This document shows, in pieces, positions 50,273 through 61,271 of a stretch of DNA of 64,000 bases; position 1 is the stretch's first letter; every line of letters begins with the position of its first letter. The stretch is from an uncultured delta proteobacterium. Its GTDB lineage: Bacteria > Desulfobacterota > Binatia > UBA9968. Both the position numbers and the translations under genes were made by a program. A model generated the notes under the pieces. The model searched no databases. It had not been told where the DNA came from and saw only the letters and a program-made list of their open reading frames with translations. The DNA lies in the NCBI GenBank assembly GCA_963745835.1, contig CAVUZH010000005.1, forward strand, positions 153,267 to 217,266, given 5' to 3'.

Positions 50273-51250
50273 TCACTCGACGTTCGCGGCGAACAACTCG
50301 TCAGGACTTACGACCCGGGGCGACAAACCCTGTTCGTAGACATACTGGCCGATAGCCTGCAGCGCCGGGCGATTCGGCTCCAGCCCGTACGCCCAGAAAT
50401 CCTTTCCCATGACCCGCCAGGTCTCCTCGATGTGATGGATCAACCAGGGAAGCGAAAGGCGCAGCGCGTCTGTGTCGTAGAGCCCGTCGATCGCCAGATC
50501 GCGAGCTTCGCAGAAGGCCCGATAGACGCTACGCGCCGCCCACGGGTGCTCGCGATAAATATCGTCGCGCAGCACCACCGTATGCATGATCGGGAAGATG
50601 CCAGTGCGGCGATAATAGTCCTGCTCGACCTCATAGTAGTTCGGAAACAGGCGCGCTATGCGCGGCGAGCCCTTCTCAAAGATCGAGGGAATATAGATCG
50701 CGAGCAACGCATCAAGCTCGCCGCTTTCCAGCATTCCCTCCAGAGTCCGCTCCGGCGGCAGAAACTCGACCTTGACTTTGTCCGGCAGCTTCAACGGAAT
50801 CAACGGCCGCTGAGTCGGCGTCGTCAATCCGCCGATGAACCACTGAATATCCTGCATCGCAACACCGTATTCGTGTTGCAGCATGCCGTTCATGAAGATG
50901 GTTGCGGTAGAACCGAGCTGCGTCGTTCCCACCCGTTTACCCCGGAGGTCCTGAGGCGACCGAATTCCCGCATCGGTGCGTACGTAAATACACGAGTGCC
51001 GAAAGATCTTGGACAGGGCGACCGGCACGGCAACAAAGGGGCAATCGCCGCGACCCTTGAGACTCACATAAGAAGCAAGCGATAACTCCGAAACCTCGAA
51101 CTCCTTGTTCTCCAGCATTCGTGGAAAGGCCTCGCGCGGCCGCATGACCTTGATTTCCAGATCGATGCCTTCGGCCTGGACACGGCCATCGAGAAGCGGG
51201 CGGGTGCGGTCATAGTCCCAGCACGCGAGGATGAGTTTAAGTTTCGACAT
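50273..51250 (-). CDS. 4,5-dihydroxyphthalate decarboxylase-like protein
   Basis: LACWDYDRTRPL.DG, EFEVSELS, FRHS, TGIFPIMH. Confidence 0.8.
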   Translation of the reverse strand: MSKLKLILACWDYDRTRPLLDGRVQAEGIDLEIKVMRPREAFPRMLENKEFEVSELSLASYVSLKGRGDCPFVAVPVALSKIFRHSCIYVRTDAGIRSPQDLRGKRVGTTQLGSTATIFMNGMLQHEYGVAMQDIQWFIGGLTTPTQRPLIPLKLPDKVKVEFLPPERTLEGMLESGELDALLAIYIPSIFEKGSPRIARLFPNYYEVEQDYYRRTGIFPIMHTVVLRDDIYREHPWAARSVYRAFCEARDLAIDGLYDTDALRLSLPWLIHHIEETWRVMGKDFWAYGLEPNRPALQAIGQYVYEQGLSPRVVSPDELFAANVE

Positions 51251-51733
51251 CGGTGCAACCTGTCTCCAGAGAAACCTGCTTGGATATGAATAGTGTGCGT
51301 AGAAATAACACACCGCGAAGAGCTGTCAAGAAATGATCACTGGGTAGTGGCTTCAGTTCGAGAAAGATTACACCGATTCCCCGAGTAGGCCTGCGGACCA
51401 GAGCGCATCGAAGCGGAACGTGTGGTAGCGGTTCAGCGCCTCATTGAAACCCGGGTAGTTCATAGCTCCGGTCTGCTTCGATCCCGTCGCGATATGCGAT
51501 TATCGGCACCACCGGCAAGTCAAGACTGAGGCATGACTCCAGGCGAAAATCCGAAGCTAGTGGTCTAGGCGCACTCGAGGCCAATCCCTTGGTGCGGAGA
51601 TCAATTTGGGGTGCATAGGGGCCAGGGGAGATTTCACAACGTGCAGCGAAATCAAATCCCCCAAATCCCATTTTGCAAAGGGGGACTGATGGGTTCATCC
51701 TTGAAAGGTTCGAGGCTTGCTTCGCTTTAATTT

Positions 51734-52162
51734 TCAACCCGTGATGTAGCGCTCAAGCTGTTCAATCATGAACTTCTGATCGGCGATTATTGCCTTTACT
51801 AAATCGCCGATGGAGATGATCCCGATCAAATTCCCATCTTGAAGCACCGGTAGATGACGAATTCGTTTATCGGTCACGATCACCATGCATTCTTCGATGG
51901 ATTGATCGAGGTGAGTGTAGGCGACATGGGTGGTCATAATCTCTTCGACCCGCGTTGTCGGTGAGGCGCGACCGTGAAGAATCACTTTACGGGCATAATC
52001 GCGCTCCGAAATGATCCCGGCGACACGCGCTTCATCCAGCACCACAAGAGCGCCAATTTCCTTTTCGGCCATCAGACTAAGGGCGTCGAAGACCGTCGAT
52101 CCAGGGTCGACGCTCCAAACCATGCGGCCTTTGACTTCAAGGATGTCTCGAACTGTTTTCAT
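51734..52162 (-). CDS. CBS domain protein
   Basis: GIISERDYARK, RIRHLPV, ISIGDLVK. Confidence 0.9.
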   Translation of the reverse strand: MKTVRDILEVKGRMVWSVDPGSTVFDALSLMAEKEIGALVVLDEARVAGIISERDYARKVILHGRASPTTRVEEIMTTHVAYTHLDQSIEECMVIVTDKRIRHLPVLQDGNLIGIISIGDLVKAIIADQKFMIEQLERYITG

Positions 52163-52489
52163 CTGAGATCTCCTTAAAAATTATGGGGTGGAGAAAAATC
52201 TCTACTGAGTTTGTCCTGAACTGATCGAATGGGTTCGAGATTAAAGGTATTGTCGTTCCGAGCGAAAGCGAGGAATCTTTCCCTCGATAGTTTCGCTCTG
52301 TCAGCGAGCGAAGGCTCATGAATGACTCCTTTGAAGGAAATCTGCTTCGATAATCTTATACAACCAAATGTTCGACGAGTAAAAAGCCATGGCCATTGTG
52401 CTGAGCGGAATCAGCCTTAACAGATTACGAGAGCTGTCGATATATCTTCGCACTGTGCTGGAAAACGCTTTTCTAGACTGGAGCGGAAC

Positions 52490-53494
52490 ATGATTTTTCG
52501 CACCTTCCCGAAAACATTGATTACGCTATTTTGTTTGGGACTCTTCATCGCGCCGCAATGTGCACAGGGTCAGACGCAAGTTCCCAAGCTCAAAATCGGC
52601 ACTTTGGGAGCGCCTTCGACCAGTGTTTGGATGGTTTCGGTGTTGGTCGCAAAAAGGTTCGACTTGAAAAACGGCATCGACATCGAGTGGGTCGAGCAAC
52701 CGACGACGGCCGCGGTTTACAACGACTTTGCCGCCGGTTCTTACCAGGTCGCTACAGGTGGGGTCATCAGTTATGCCAACCAGTATGCGCGCGGCGTGAA
52801 ATCGAAATTGTTCGCCACCTATCAAATCTTCGGCACATCCGTGATCGTGCACACTGAGCGCGGTCACGGTATCAATGCACCGAAGGATCTCAATGGAAAG
52901 GAGATCGCCGCGCCGCTGGCTTCGGAAAACACCAAGGCAATGGAGATCTATCTCAGATGGGCGGGAGTCGACGTCAAATCGCTCAAAATCAAAAACTTTG
53001 AGCAACCGGGGGTTGTGGCCGAGTTGAAATCGCCGACCGGTTCGGCGGTCGCGGGCATCGTGTTTTCCCAAATCCCGACTCGACTGGTTATGGACGACCC
53101 GAAGAAATTCAAAGATTTGATTTCCGCCGATGAGCTCGATGCGATGTGGAAGCAAAAGACCGGCACGGAACATCATTGGCTCTTGGGATGGGCGGTGCAT
53201 GAAGAATTTGCCCGAGACAACCGCGAGCTTTTGCAGCGGACGCACAATGCGATGAAAGAGACCATCGATTGGGTTTCCAAGAACCAAGAAGAGGCGCTAG
53301 AAATCGTCGCTAAAAAAACCAAGGAATCGGTTCCGGTGCTACGTGAAACGATCAAAGCCAAACGCGTCCGATTCCAGCAACTGACGTCCGAGTCTCAGGA
53401 AAAAGAGCTGATGGCGCTTTTCAAGCTCGGGGTCGAGAGTGGCATGATCGCCAAGTTGCCGGATGGAAATTTTTTCTATCGCGGGCTCAAATAG
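52490..53494 (+). CDS. ABC transporter substrate-binding protein (nitrate/sulfonate type)
   Basis: Signal peptide; first gene of SBP-permease-ATPase operon. Confidence 0.82.
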   Translation: MIFRTFPKTLITLFCLGLFIAPQCAQGQTQVPKLKIGTLGAPSTSVWMVSVLVAKRFDLKNGIDIEWVEQPTTAAVYNDFAAGSYQVATGGVISYANQYARGVKSKLFATYQIFGTSVIVHTERGHGINAPKDLNGKEIAAPLASENTKAMEIYLRWAGVDVKSLKIKNFEQPGVVAELKSPTGSAVAGIVFSQIPTRLVMDDPKKFKDLISADELDAMWKQKTGTEHHWLLGWAVHEEFARDNRELLQRTHNAMKETIDWVSKNQEEALEIVAKKTKESVPVLRETIKAKRVRFQQLTSESQEKELMALFKLGVESGMIAKLPDGNFFYRGLK

Positions 53495-53512
53495 CCGCGC
53501 GCTGCGAGCTCG

Positions 53513-54289
53513 ATGGCGTCCTCCGAGTCCGGTGCCGCACCACATCGATTCAATTTTGCCGCCGTCGTCTCGGTCGGTCTGCTGCTGATCGTCTGGCAGG
53601 TCGCGTCTTTTTTCCTTCCGGAATTTATTGTCCCCGGACTGCAACTGATCGTCCTCGAGTTCGTCAAGATGTTCGAAGAGGGGACGCTGGTCAGTGATTC
53701 GTTGCTGACGCTTGTGCGCGTGATGATTGGGCTCATCGGTGGTTTTATTTTCGGTGGGGCTTTGGGTCTGCTCATGGGACTGGTGAGAAGGAGCGAAGAT
53801 TATTTGATGCCGGTGATAAATTTCGTCATGGGAGTGCCAGCGTTATCCTGGACACTGATCGTGATTCTTTGGTTTCGCGGCACAGAAACCCGCATCTTCG
53901 CTTTGATGTTGGCGGTGTCGTTCCCGGTCTTCGCGCACAGCATTCTCGATGCGGTCAAAGGCGTCTCGCGTGAATTGCTTGAAATGACGCTGGCATTTAG
54001 ACCGACGCGCATCCAAATGCTGCGGCTGCTGATTTTACCATCGATTGTGCCCAGTATTCTCACCGCCTGGAAAGTTTCCATCGGCTTTGCCGTGCGCGTC
54101 GTCATTGTCGCCGAGTTGGTGGGCGCCTCCACCGGGGTTGGTTACCGCATGGTGCAGCAACAATCGTTGCTCAACATGAGCGGTATTCTTGCCTGGACGT
54201 TGATCCTGGTCCTCATGGGGCTCGCGCTGCAAGGGCTGCTTACGAAATCTGAGCAACGCCTGCTCAGGTGGCGTCCGACGACGCACTGA
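53513..54289 (+). CDS. ABC transporter permease (SsuC/TauC type)
   Basis: TM helices, VVIVAELVG..GVG. Confidence 0.88.
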   Translation: MASSESGAAPHRFNFAAVVSVGLLLIVWQVASFFLPEFIVPGLQLIVLEFVKMFEEGTLVSDSLLTLVRVMIGLIGGFIFGGALGLLMGLVRRSEDYLMPVINFVMGVPALSWTLIVILWFRGTETRIFALMLAVSFPVFAHSILDAVKGVSRELLEMTLAFRPTRIQMLRLLILPSIVPSILTAWKVSIGFAVRVVIVAELVGASTGVGYRMVQQQSLLNMSGILAWTLILVLMGLALQGLLTKSEQRLLRWRPTTH

Positions 54290-54292
54290 CCC

Positions 54293-55054
54293 ATGGCCAA
54301 GATCGAGTGCTGCAATCTGAGCAAAATGTTCAACGCCGGCGGCGATACTTTCGAGGCGGTCAGCGATCTTAGCTTCAGCGTTCACACCGGCGAGCTCGTC
54401 TCGGTTGTCGGCAGGACCGGGTGCGGCAAGTCGAGCACGCTCCATATGATCCTCGGATTGGAGCGGCCGACGAGCGGCAGCATCACCATCGACGATAAGG
54501 AACCCTATGCGGATTTCGGATATTTCCGCGGACGTTTGGCGGCGGTCTTTCAAACCGATCGGTTGCTGCCGTGGCGTAAAACCCTCGACAACGTCGCATA
54601 CGGACTCGAAATCTTGCGCGTGCCGGAACCTGACCGTCGCACCCGCGCACAGGGCTGGTTGGAAAGAGTCGGCTTGGGCGGTTTCGAGAATGCCTACCCG
54701 CATCAGCTTTCAGGCGGCATGCGGCAGCGGGTCGGCATTGCCCGGGCATTCTGTGTCGAGCCCGAAGTAATTTTGTGCGATGAAGCGTTCGGCCATTTGG
54801 ATCAGGTGACTGCGACCCAGCTACGCGGCGACTTTCTCGAGCTGGTGCGCGAAACTCGTAAAACATCCGTATTCATCACTCACGATATCGACGAAGCGAT
54901 CGAGCTCGGCAACCGCGTGCTGGTATTGGCCAAACCCGCGCGCTTGCTGATGGATCTGACGATCTCGGACCAGATGAAAAATAATTTGATCGCGCGGGAC
55001 GAGATGAAAACCCGGATACTCAATGCGATCGAAGCGAACCGGCCGGTCGATTGA
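54293..55054 (+). CDS. ABC transporter ATP-binding protein
   Basis: GRTGCGKS, LSGGMRQR, DEAFGHLD. Confidence 0.92.
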   Translation: MAKIECCNLSKMFNAGGDTFEAVSDLSFSVHTGELVSVVGRTGCGKSSTLHMILGLERPTSGSITIDDKEPYADFGYFRGRLAAVFQTDRLLPWRKTLDNVAYGLEILRVPEPDRRTRAQGWLERVGLGGFENAYPHQLSGGMRQRVGIARAFCVEPEVILCDEAFGHLDQVTATQLRGDFLELVRETRKTSVFITHDIDEAIELGNRVLVLAKPARLLMDLTISDQMKNNLIARDEMKTRILNAIEANRPVD

Positions 55055-55309
55055 TCCTTCTACGGCAGCGTCGGCGCATATTACCGTCGGCGATGCGAGA
55101 AAATCTTTCAATCGGTGCTGAAGCTCCAGTCATAATATGACTACATCGGAATGCGAAGACGACACACGTCATCGCAACACCTGCGCTGAATTTCTGAATT
55201 CTATCCGCCATAATTAGAACCAATGGCCGCCATTGCAAAATAATATTGGACGAGCCTGCTTCTCCTGCAATAAATCTCACCCATCGAACAAAAAACAGGA
55301 GGGTGCCTT

Positions 55310-56893
55310 ATGAGTCGCCGCCTTTTTACTGTTCTCGCCATCGCCATGATCGCGACTGGCGCGCTCGCTCCCGTCCCGGGCACAGCCGCGACTGCGCCCT
55401 GCACCCTCGAGACTTTCGCGGCCCTCAACCTGCCCGAGACGACTATCACAGTGGTCGAGTCGCTGCCGGCCGGCACGAATTTGGCGCCGGTCGGTAACAT
55501 CGCCCTGCCAATCTGTCGGGTGAGGGGAGTTATAGCACCGGTTAATCTCTTTGAGGTCTGGATGCCGACGGCAGACTGGAACGGGAAATTCCAGGCGGTC
55601 GGGAACGGTGGCCTTGCCGGGTCGATCAGCTTTGGAGACATGCGGACCGCAATCAGTCGCAACTACGCCACGGCTTCGACGGACACAGGGCATAGCTCCA
55701 ACGCCCCCAGCGATCCCTGGTGGACCAACGCGCAGCAGATCAAGGACTACGGCTATCGATCCATCCACGAGCTCACGGTGAAGTCCAAAGCGATCATCAA
55801 TGCGTTCTACGGAACCGATCCCGACCGTTCTTATTTCTTCGGGTGCTCGACTGGCGGCCGGCAGGCGTTCATGGAAGCTCAGCGTTACCCCGATGACTAC
55901 GATGGCATCATCGCCGGCGCTCCTGTCTATCGGGTGATCGAACTGCGCGCGCGGCACGTGTGGACCTGGCAGTGCAATCACGCGGATCCAACCGGTGAGC
56001 GCGCCATTCCGGTTAGCAAGCTGCCGGCGATCTTTAAGGCCGTCGTGGCCGCCTGCGACCACTTGGATGGCCTCGTGGACGGCCAAGTCGATGACCCGAG
56101 GCGTTGCCGCTTCGAGCCCAAGACTTTGCTCTGCACCGACGCCGATAACGACACCTGCCTCACCGCACCCCAGATCGAAACCCTCAACTGTATGTATGCC
56201 GGGCCTCCAGTGAACCCGAGGACGCGAAGACAGGTCTATCCGGGAGTGCCGCGAACGAGCGAGCTTGATCAGGGACAATCAATCGGGGCAGTGCCAAATC
56301 CGCAGTACACCACGTTCTTTCAGAATACGGTATTTGAAGATCCTAACTATGACTTTTTAACCTTTAAATTCGACGCCGACGTTAAGTTTGCGCTCAACAA
56401 AGAGTTCGAAGGCGAGACACTTGAATTTATCCACCATGCGGAAGACGCGGATTTGACCGCCTTCACGAAACGTGGCGGCAAGATGATCGTGTGGCATGGC
56501 TTCTCCGATCCACTGCCAAACCCGGTGGACACCATCGATTACTACAACCGTATTCGTACCCGATCTGATCATAGCCGACGTAGCGCGGAAAAAACCGAGG
56601 AATTCGTCCGACTCTTTTTATTGCCCAATGTAGGGCATTGCGGTGGAGCGGCGCCCGGAGGGCCCAATATGTGGGACCCGCTGACAGCGCTTGAGCAATG
56701 GGTCGAGGAGGGTATCGCGCCGGAAGAGATCATCGCCTCCAGAGTGAGCGACGGCGTGGTGACTCGCACGCGTCCCATCTGTGCCTACCCGCAAGTGGCG
56801 CGGTACGTCGGTTCCGGCAGCATCGACGATGCGGCGAACTTCGTTTGCCGAGAGCCGCGCGCTCGCGACCGCCAACACGACGGCGGACGTTGA
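55310..56893 (+). CDS. Secreted tannase/feruloyl esterase family hydrolase
   Basis: Signal peptide, GCSTGGRQ, WHGFSD, GHCG, TRPICAYP. Confidence 0.9.
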   Translation: MSRRLFTVLAIAMIATGALAPVPGTAATAPCTLETFAALNLPETTITVVESLPAGTNLAPVGNIALPICRVRGVIAPVNLFEVWMPTADWNGKFQAVGNGGLAGSISFGDMRTAISRNYATASTDTGHSSNAPSDPWWTNAQQIKDYGYRSIHELTVKSKAIINAFYGTDPDRSYFFGCSTGGRQAFMEAQRYPDDYDGIIAGAPVYRVIELRARHVWTWQCNHADPTGERAIPVSKLPAIFKAVVAACDHLDGLVDGQVDDPRRCRFEPKTLLCTDADNDTCLTAPQIETLNCMYAGPPVNPRTRRQVYPGVPRTSELDQGQSIGAVPNPQYTTFFQNTVFEDPNYDFLTFKFDADVKFALNKEFEGETLEFIHHAEDADLTAFTKRGGKMIVWHGFSDPLPNPVDTIDYYNRIRTRSDHSRRSAEKTEEFVRLFLLPNVGHCGGAAPGGPNMWDPLTALEQWVEEGIAPEEIIASRVSDGVVTRTRPICAYPQVARYVGSGSIDDAANFVCREPRARDRQHDGGR

Positions 56894-57061
56894 TCACCGG
56901 ACACGAAGCAGTCGCACTAGCGAAGGCAGGGTATTCATGAGGGAGTTGCTCAAGAAAAATAGTGACAACAGGCAGAGTGAAGGCCGAGGCACTCGAAGAA
57001 AGCGGCGTAGCGGTAGCCAGTACTTAACCGTAGCGATACGGCTTTAAAGGAGGCAGAGCAT

Positions 57062-58405
57062 ATGAAGGCCAAAACTTTATTGTCAGCGGTCATAATATTC
57101 ATTCCTCTTGTTGCCTTCTCTACGTTCGAATTATGGGCTCAGAGCCACCCGGAGTACATTCCTTTGGGCGGCGGTGTGAAGGGAGCACTTTACAAACCGG
57201 ATTCCGGGCCGCCACCCCATGTTGGAATTCTGGTAATGCATCGTACAGTCAACTTTCTGTCGACCACAGCCTGCACGCAATTATCGTCGAGAGGTTTTAT
57301 GGTGCTTTGCGCGAATCCCTCGTCCGATAACAACGAAGCTCTGGTGGACTGGGAGAACATGCCTCTTGATGTTCAGAGGGGAGTTAACTTTCTCAAAAGC
57401 CAGCCAGGAATTTCCAAAGTGATACTCTGGGCCCACAGCGGCGGCGGGCCTTTGATGACCTTTTATCAGGCAGTTGCGCAAAGCAGTCCCTCGTACTGCC
57501 AAGGGCCAAACAAGCTACTCCAATGTGGCAATAATCTTGCGGGGTTACCGCCTGCCGACGGCATCATACTCGCTGATGCCCATCCAGGAAATCCGATCGT
57601 TGGGAACCTGAGAACTCTACATCCGGGAGTTTTTAACGAGGATCGGCCGGATCTCGTACGTCCTGACTTGGATCCCTTTGATCCCAAGAACGGTTTTAAT
57701 CCCAACGGGCCGTCCACCTATTCTCAGGAGTTCAAACAAAATTACTTCAAAGAACAGGCGGAGCGGATGAACCAATTGATAGACGAAGCCCTCGACATAC
57801 TGCGCAGAATGGAACAAGGCAATCACCGTTTCCCAGATGACGATATTTTTCCTATCTACAAATCAGGGTCGGGGTTTGGCTCTGCGGCAGGTTCGGCCGC
57901 GCTTTACCTGCTGGATTTGGACGTTCTTTGTTGCACGGTCAACCCACAAAGGCTTCTCAAGAACGATGGCAGCATAGTGACGCAACCGATACGAAGCGTG
58001 AGGGTCGCAGCTCCGGAGAACGCGGAGGCCAATAAGAACTTTATTGACTCTACGAAATTGCTGACAGTAAGGTCTTTCTTAGGCGCGAACGCAATTCGGG
58101 CGACACACTCGATGGATTACAGTCAAATTGATTGGTGCTCAAGCAACAATTCTACCGTGTGCGCTCTTGATCATGTCACGATCCCGATGCTTATTGCCGG
58201 CATGGGAGCGCATTATTTTCTCGGGGATGCTGAGTTTTTTTATGAAAGATCGAAGAGCGCAGACAAAGATCTTATCATCATAGAGGGAGCGACTCACGGA
58301 TTTGGTCGCTGCGTTCCTTGTGAGCAGGTTACGGGACAATCGTATTCGAATGCGACAGCGAATTTTTTCAATTACGTGCGTGATTGGATCAATGCCCGGT
58401 ACTAA
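57062..58405 (+). CDS. Secreted alpha/beta hydrolase fold protein
   Basis: Signal peptide, AHSGGG, EGATHG. Confidence 0.75.
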   Translation: MKAKTLLSAVIIFIPLVAFSTFELWAQSHPEYIPLGGGVKGALYKPDSGPPPHVGILVMHRTVNFLSTTACTQLSSRGFMVLCANPSSDNNEALVDWENMPLDVQRGVNFLKSQPGISKVILWAHSGGGPLMTFYQAVAQSSPSYCQGPNKLLQCGNNLAGLPPADGIILADAHPGNPIVGNLRTLHPGVFNEDRPDLVRPDLDPFDPKNGFNPNGPSTYSQEFKQNYFKEQAERMNQLIDEALDILRRMEQGNHRFPDDDIFPIYKSGSGFGSAAGSAALYLLDLDVLCCTVNPQRLLKNDGSIVTQPIRSVRVAAPENAEANKNFIDSTKLLTVRSFLGANAIRATHSMDYSQIDWCSSNNSTVCALDHVTIPMLIAGMGAHYFLGDAEFFYERSKSADKDLIIIEGATHGFGRCVPCEQVTGQSYSNATANFFNYVRDWINARY

Positions 58406-58631
58406 TTCTAGATTGTATCGAGGTCGTCTAAATAAAACGGCGAGATCAAATCGAGTTGCTGTTGCGCAATCTGTGGCATTTCAGGAGATTGGCGGCACTT
58501 TCCAATGGCACCGAGTTTTCCGGGTGCCACAAAATTGCAGCGCGTGTGCAGGGTGGGATTAGCTAACCTATCGCAACTTTAGCAATTCTCTTCTACGGTA
58601 GCGTGTTCTCGCCGGCTAGATTTTGTTTGCG

Positions 58632-59207
58632 TTAGCGCGCAACCGCGAGCAGTTTCTCTATCTCCGTGGTAAGCCGCGGATCATTGGGCTCGACGGCGCT
58701 CTCGAATGCGGCTACCGGCTGCCCCGTCCGGTCGAGCAGGTACTTATGAAAGTTCCAACGCGGCGGTTTGCCGGTCCTGGCGGCGAGCTCACGAAATAGC
58801 GGATTTGCGTTTTTTCCGACGACGGCGGTCTTCGCCAAGACTGGGAACGTGATACCGTAGTTCAACCGGCAGAACTGCGCGATCTCTTTGTTCGATCCCG
58901 GCTCTTGGCCGCCGAAATCGTTGGCCGGAAATCCCAACACCACAAAACCTTTCTCGCGATAGCGACGATACAGCTTTTCCAAGCCATCATACTGCGGCGT
59001 ATAGCCGCACTCGCTCGCTGTGTTAACGATCAGCAGCACCTTGCCGCTGAACTGGCAGAGCGAGACCGGCTCATCCATTAGATTCGAGAATTTGTGGTTG
59101 AGCATGGCGGGGCAGAAAGATTCCGCCGCGACGCTTGGCGCCGGAGACGTGAATACCGCGAGCCCGGCGAAGATGAATGCTAACAACGTCGACCGGACAA
59201 TTATCAT
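58632..59207 (-). CDS. Glutathione peroxidase family protein (exported)
   Basis: VNTASECGYT, LGFPANDFGGQEPG, WNFHKYL. Confidence 0.92.
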   Translation of the reverse strand: MIIVRSTLLAFIFAGLAVFTSPAPSVAAESFCPAMLNHKFSNLMDEPVSLCQFSGKVLLIVNTASECGYTPQYDGLEKLYRRYREKGFVVLGFPANDFGGQEPGSNKEIAQFCRLNYGITFPVLAKTAVVGKNANPLFRELAARTGKPPRWNFHKYLLDRTGQPVAAFESAVEPNDPRLTTEIEKLLAVAR

Positions 59208-59254
59208 TTAGTTTCTTCCATCTTTAAAATCAGAGCGCCCATAGTACCTGCATC

Positions 59255-60271
59255 TCACTTGATTCCGTAGCCGTGATAAACTCGATCGATAAAACCACTC
59301 GAGTCAAGTTTTCGCATCAAACTCTCGTCGACAATGCTCTCGACGTTGACGTTTCCAAGGCGCGGTTCTCTTAACTTTGCGAGCCGTTGGATGTTTTTCA
59401 TGCCTTCCAGAGATGGATAAGGCTTGCGGTCCAGACTGGTGAGGATTTCCTGATATCCCTCTTCCAAGGCTGAGGAATCCATTACACCTAGTTTTCTCAC
59501 CAAGGTCTTTAGCACCAGCGCTTTATTTGCCGGCGCGACCGTAAAGGCCAGCCCTTCGATCAATGCCTGGAGAACTCCCTCCACCACACGTGGTTGTTTG
59601 TGTAAATATTCTGCGGTCACGACAATCCCCTGGCTCACGATCGGAAGATTGACTTTGGTCGAGTCAGTAAGAACTGAAAATCCTTTTTGCTTGAGCTTAC
59701 GGCTGAAGCTGCTATCCAGATTCGCGGCATCGATGGTTCCGGTCTCCAACCCTTGAGCAAGCAGCGTTTGGTCGCCAATAACCAGAAAACGAATATCGTC
59801 TTTCTGTGCGTCTAATCCCAGATGTTCGAGCCAGAGCATGGTTCCCATCCATTGGGTCCCTCCGAAACTGCTCACTCCGAAACGCTTTTTGGCTAGATCT
59901 TTGGGAGATTGAATGCCGGACCTGGCAACCACGTTATTCACCCACCTGCTATTGAAGGTCGCAACCAGCTTCAGCTCTATACCACCGACGGCAGCGTTGA
60001 GAGCGGCGGTTCCTCCGGTGTTGCCGACGTGCACGTAACCCGAAGTCAAGCCGGCTATCAGCACCGGACCGCGGCTTATGAGAATGAGCTCGGGATCAAT
60101 GCCGTACTTTGCGAAAAAGCCCTGCTCCTGGGCGATCCAAATAAATGATGTCCGAGCCACCATCGAGGCATAGGCCAAGACGATCTTGGAGGGAGCCGAG
60201 GCCGCGGAATTTTCCCCGCGAGCGCATAGAAGAACAAAGAGGCACAGCAACGTTCGTGGAAGAAATTTCAT
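59255..60271 (-). CDS. ABC substrate-binding protein (NMT1/SsuA-like)
   Basis: Signal peptide, GFFAKYGID, KPYPSLEG. Confidence 0.83.
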   Translation of the reverse strand: MKFLPRTLLCLFVLLCARGENSAASAPSKIVLAYASMVARTSFIWIAQEQGFFAKYGIDPELILISRGPVLIAGLTSGYVHVGNTGGTAALNAAVGGIELKLVATFNSRWVNNVVARSGIQSPKDLAKKRFGVSSFGGTQWMGTMLWLEHLGLDAQKDDIRFLVIGDQTLLAQGLETGTIDAANLDSSFSRKLKQKGFSVLTDSTKVNLPIVSQGIVVTAEYLHKQPRVVEGVLQALIEGLAFTVAPANKALVLKTLVRKLGVMDSSALEEGYQEILTSLDRKPYPSLEGMKNIQRLAKLREPRLGNVNVESIVDESLMRKLDSSGFIDRVYHGYGIK

Positions 60272-60315
60272 GTGAGGCGCAAGATGGGACTGCGGATACT
60301 CGACGTCAAGCCCGC

Positions 60316-61146
60316 TCACGCGTGATTGCGTATCCACTGTAAAATCCATTCGTTGGTATCTTCGGGCGACTGCCAGAAGAAACCGTGCGATTGCCCTTTA
60401 AGGACTTTGTACTCGGCGTTGGGAATTCGTTTGGCGAGTACTTGCGCTTGCGCGACGTGATTGCTTCCCACCACGTCATTGTCACCGACCACGACCAACG
60501 TCGGCACCGTGACATCGCCCAGACGGTGGGTCGCCTCCCAGTTGTGCCGCGCGATGCAAAGCTGAAGATACTCGGGGAGTTTGGCATGATAGGTCCATAC
60601 CATTTTATAAAAAGCCTGCACCTTATCCCGCTGTTCTTTTCGATAGGCCGGCGTGAAATAAGTATCCGTATCGCAGATCTCGTGCTTCAAATATTTTTCA
60701 AACCCCATCTCTATGAGATCGAAGGCCAGGCGATACGGCAGGCCGGGAATAGTCTCGGCGCCCTCGCGTGCGGCGGGACCGGAACCGGCCGCGGCAAGGA
60801 TCAAGCTTTTGACTTTGCCCGGAAAATTTAGAGCGAGCGACAGTCCGATACGGCCGCCCATGGAATGCCCAATGATATGCGCCGAGCGCAGATTCAGATG
60901 CTCGAGAAGCGCAGCAACGTCATTGGCCATCTGATCGATGGTACAGACACTCTTGAAGTGAGTGGAGCGCCCGCACCCTCTCGGGTCATGCACGATGACT
61001 TGCAAAGAGCGCGACAGCGGCTCCACTTGCGTTTCCATCCAGACGTTGCCGGAAAAGCCGGTGCCGGGAATAAACACGACCGCTTCACCGCGGCCCTGCG
61101 ACTCATAGTAAAGATCGATTCCGGTGGATATTTTTTCTAAAGGCAT
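60316..61146 (-). CDS. Alpha/beta hydrolase
   Basis: DPRGCGRS, GHSMGG, GDND, SHG. Confidence 0.88.
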   Translation of the reverse strand: MPLEKISTGIDLYYESQGRGEAVVFIPGTGFSGNVWMETQVEPLSRSLQVIVHDPRGCGRSTHFKSVCTIDQMANDVAALLEHLNLRSAHIIGHSMGGRIGLSLALNFPGKVKSLILAAAGSGPAAREGAETIPGLPYRLAFDLIEMGFEKYLKHEICDTDTYFTPAYRKEQRDKVQAFYKMVWTYHAKLPEYLQLCIARHNWEATHRLGDVTVPTLVVVGDNDVVGSNHVAQAQVLAKRIPNAEYKVLKGQSHGFFWQSPEDTNEWILQWIRNHA

Positions 61147-61271
61147 GATCAACTTCCTCTGTGTGTCGAATGGATTAGCGAGTACTTCTTCTTAGCAAAG
61201 CGGCGATCTCGGTTGCAAGGCGGGAGGCGCGATACTATAGAATCAAGCTGCTGCCATCGGGGGTAAAAATC

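Noticed and set aside
51650-52315. Short REP-like palindromic remnants (cccccaaatccc...aaggggg; ccgagcgaaagcgaggaatct)
   Set aside because: Single degenerate occurrences; cannot be supported as a family from this window
58632-59207. Glutathione peroxidase as a selenoprotein
   Set aside because: Active site is encoded as Cys (ASECG) in an uninterrupted frame
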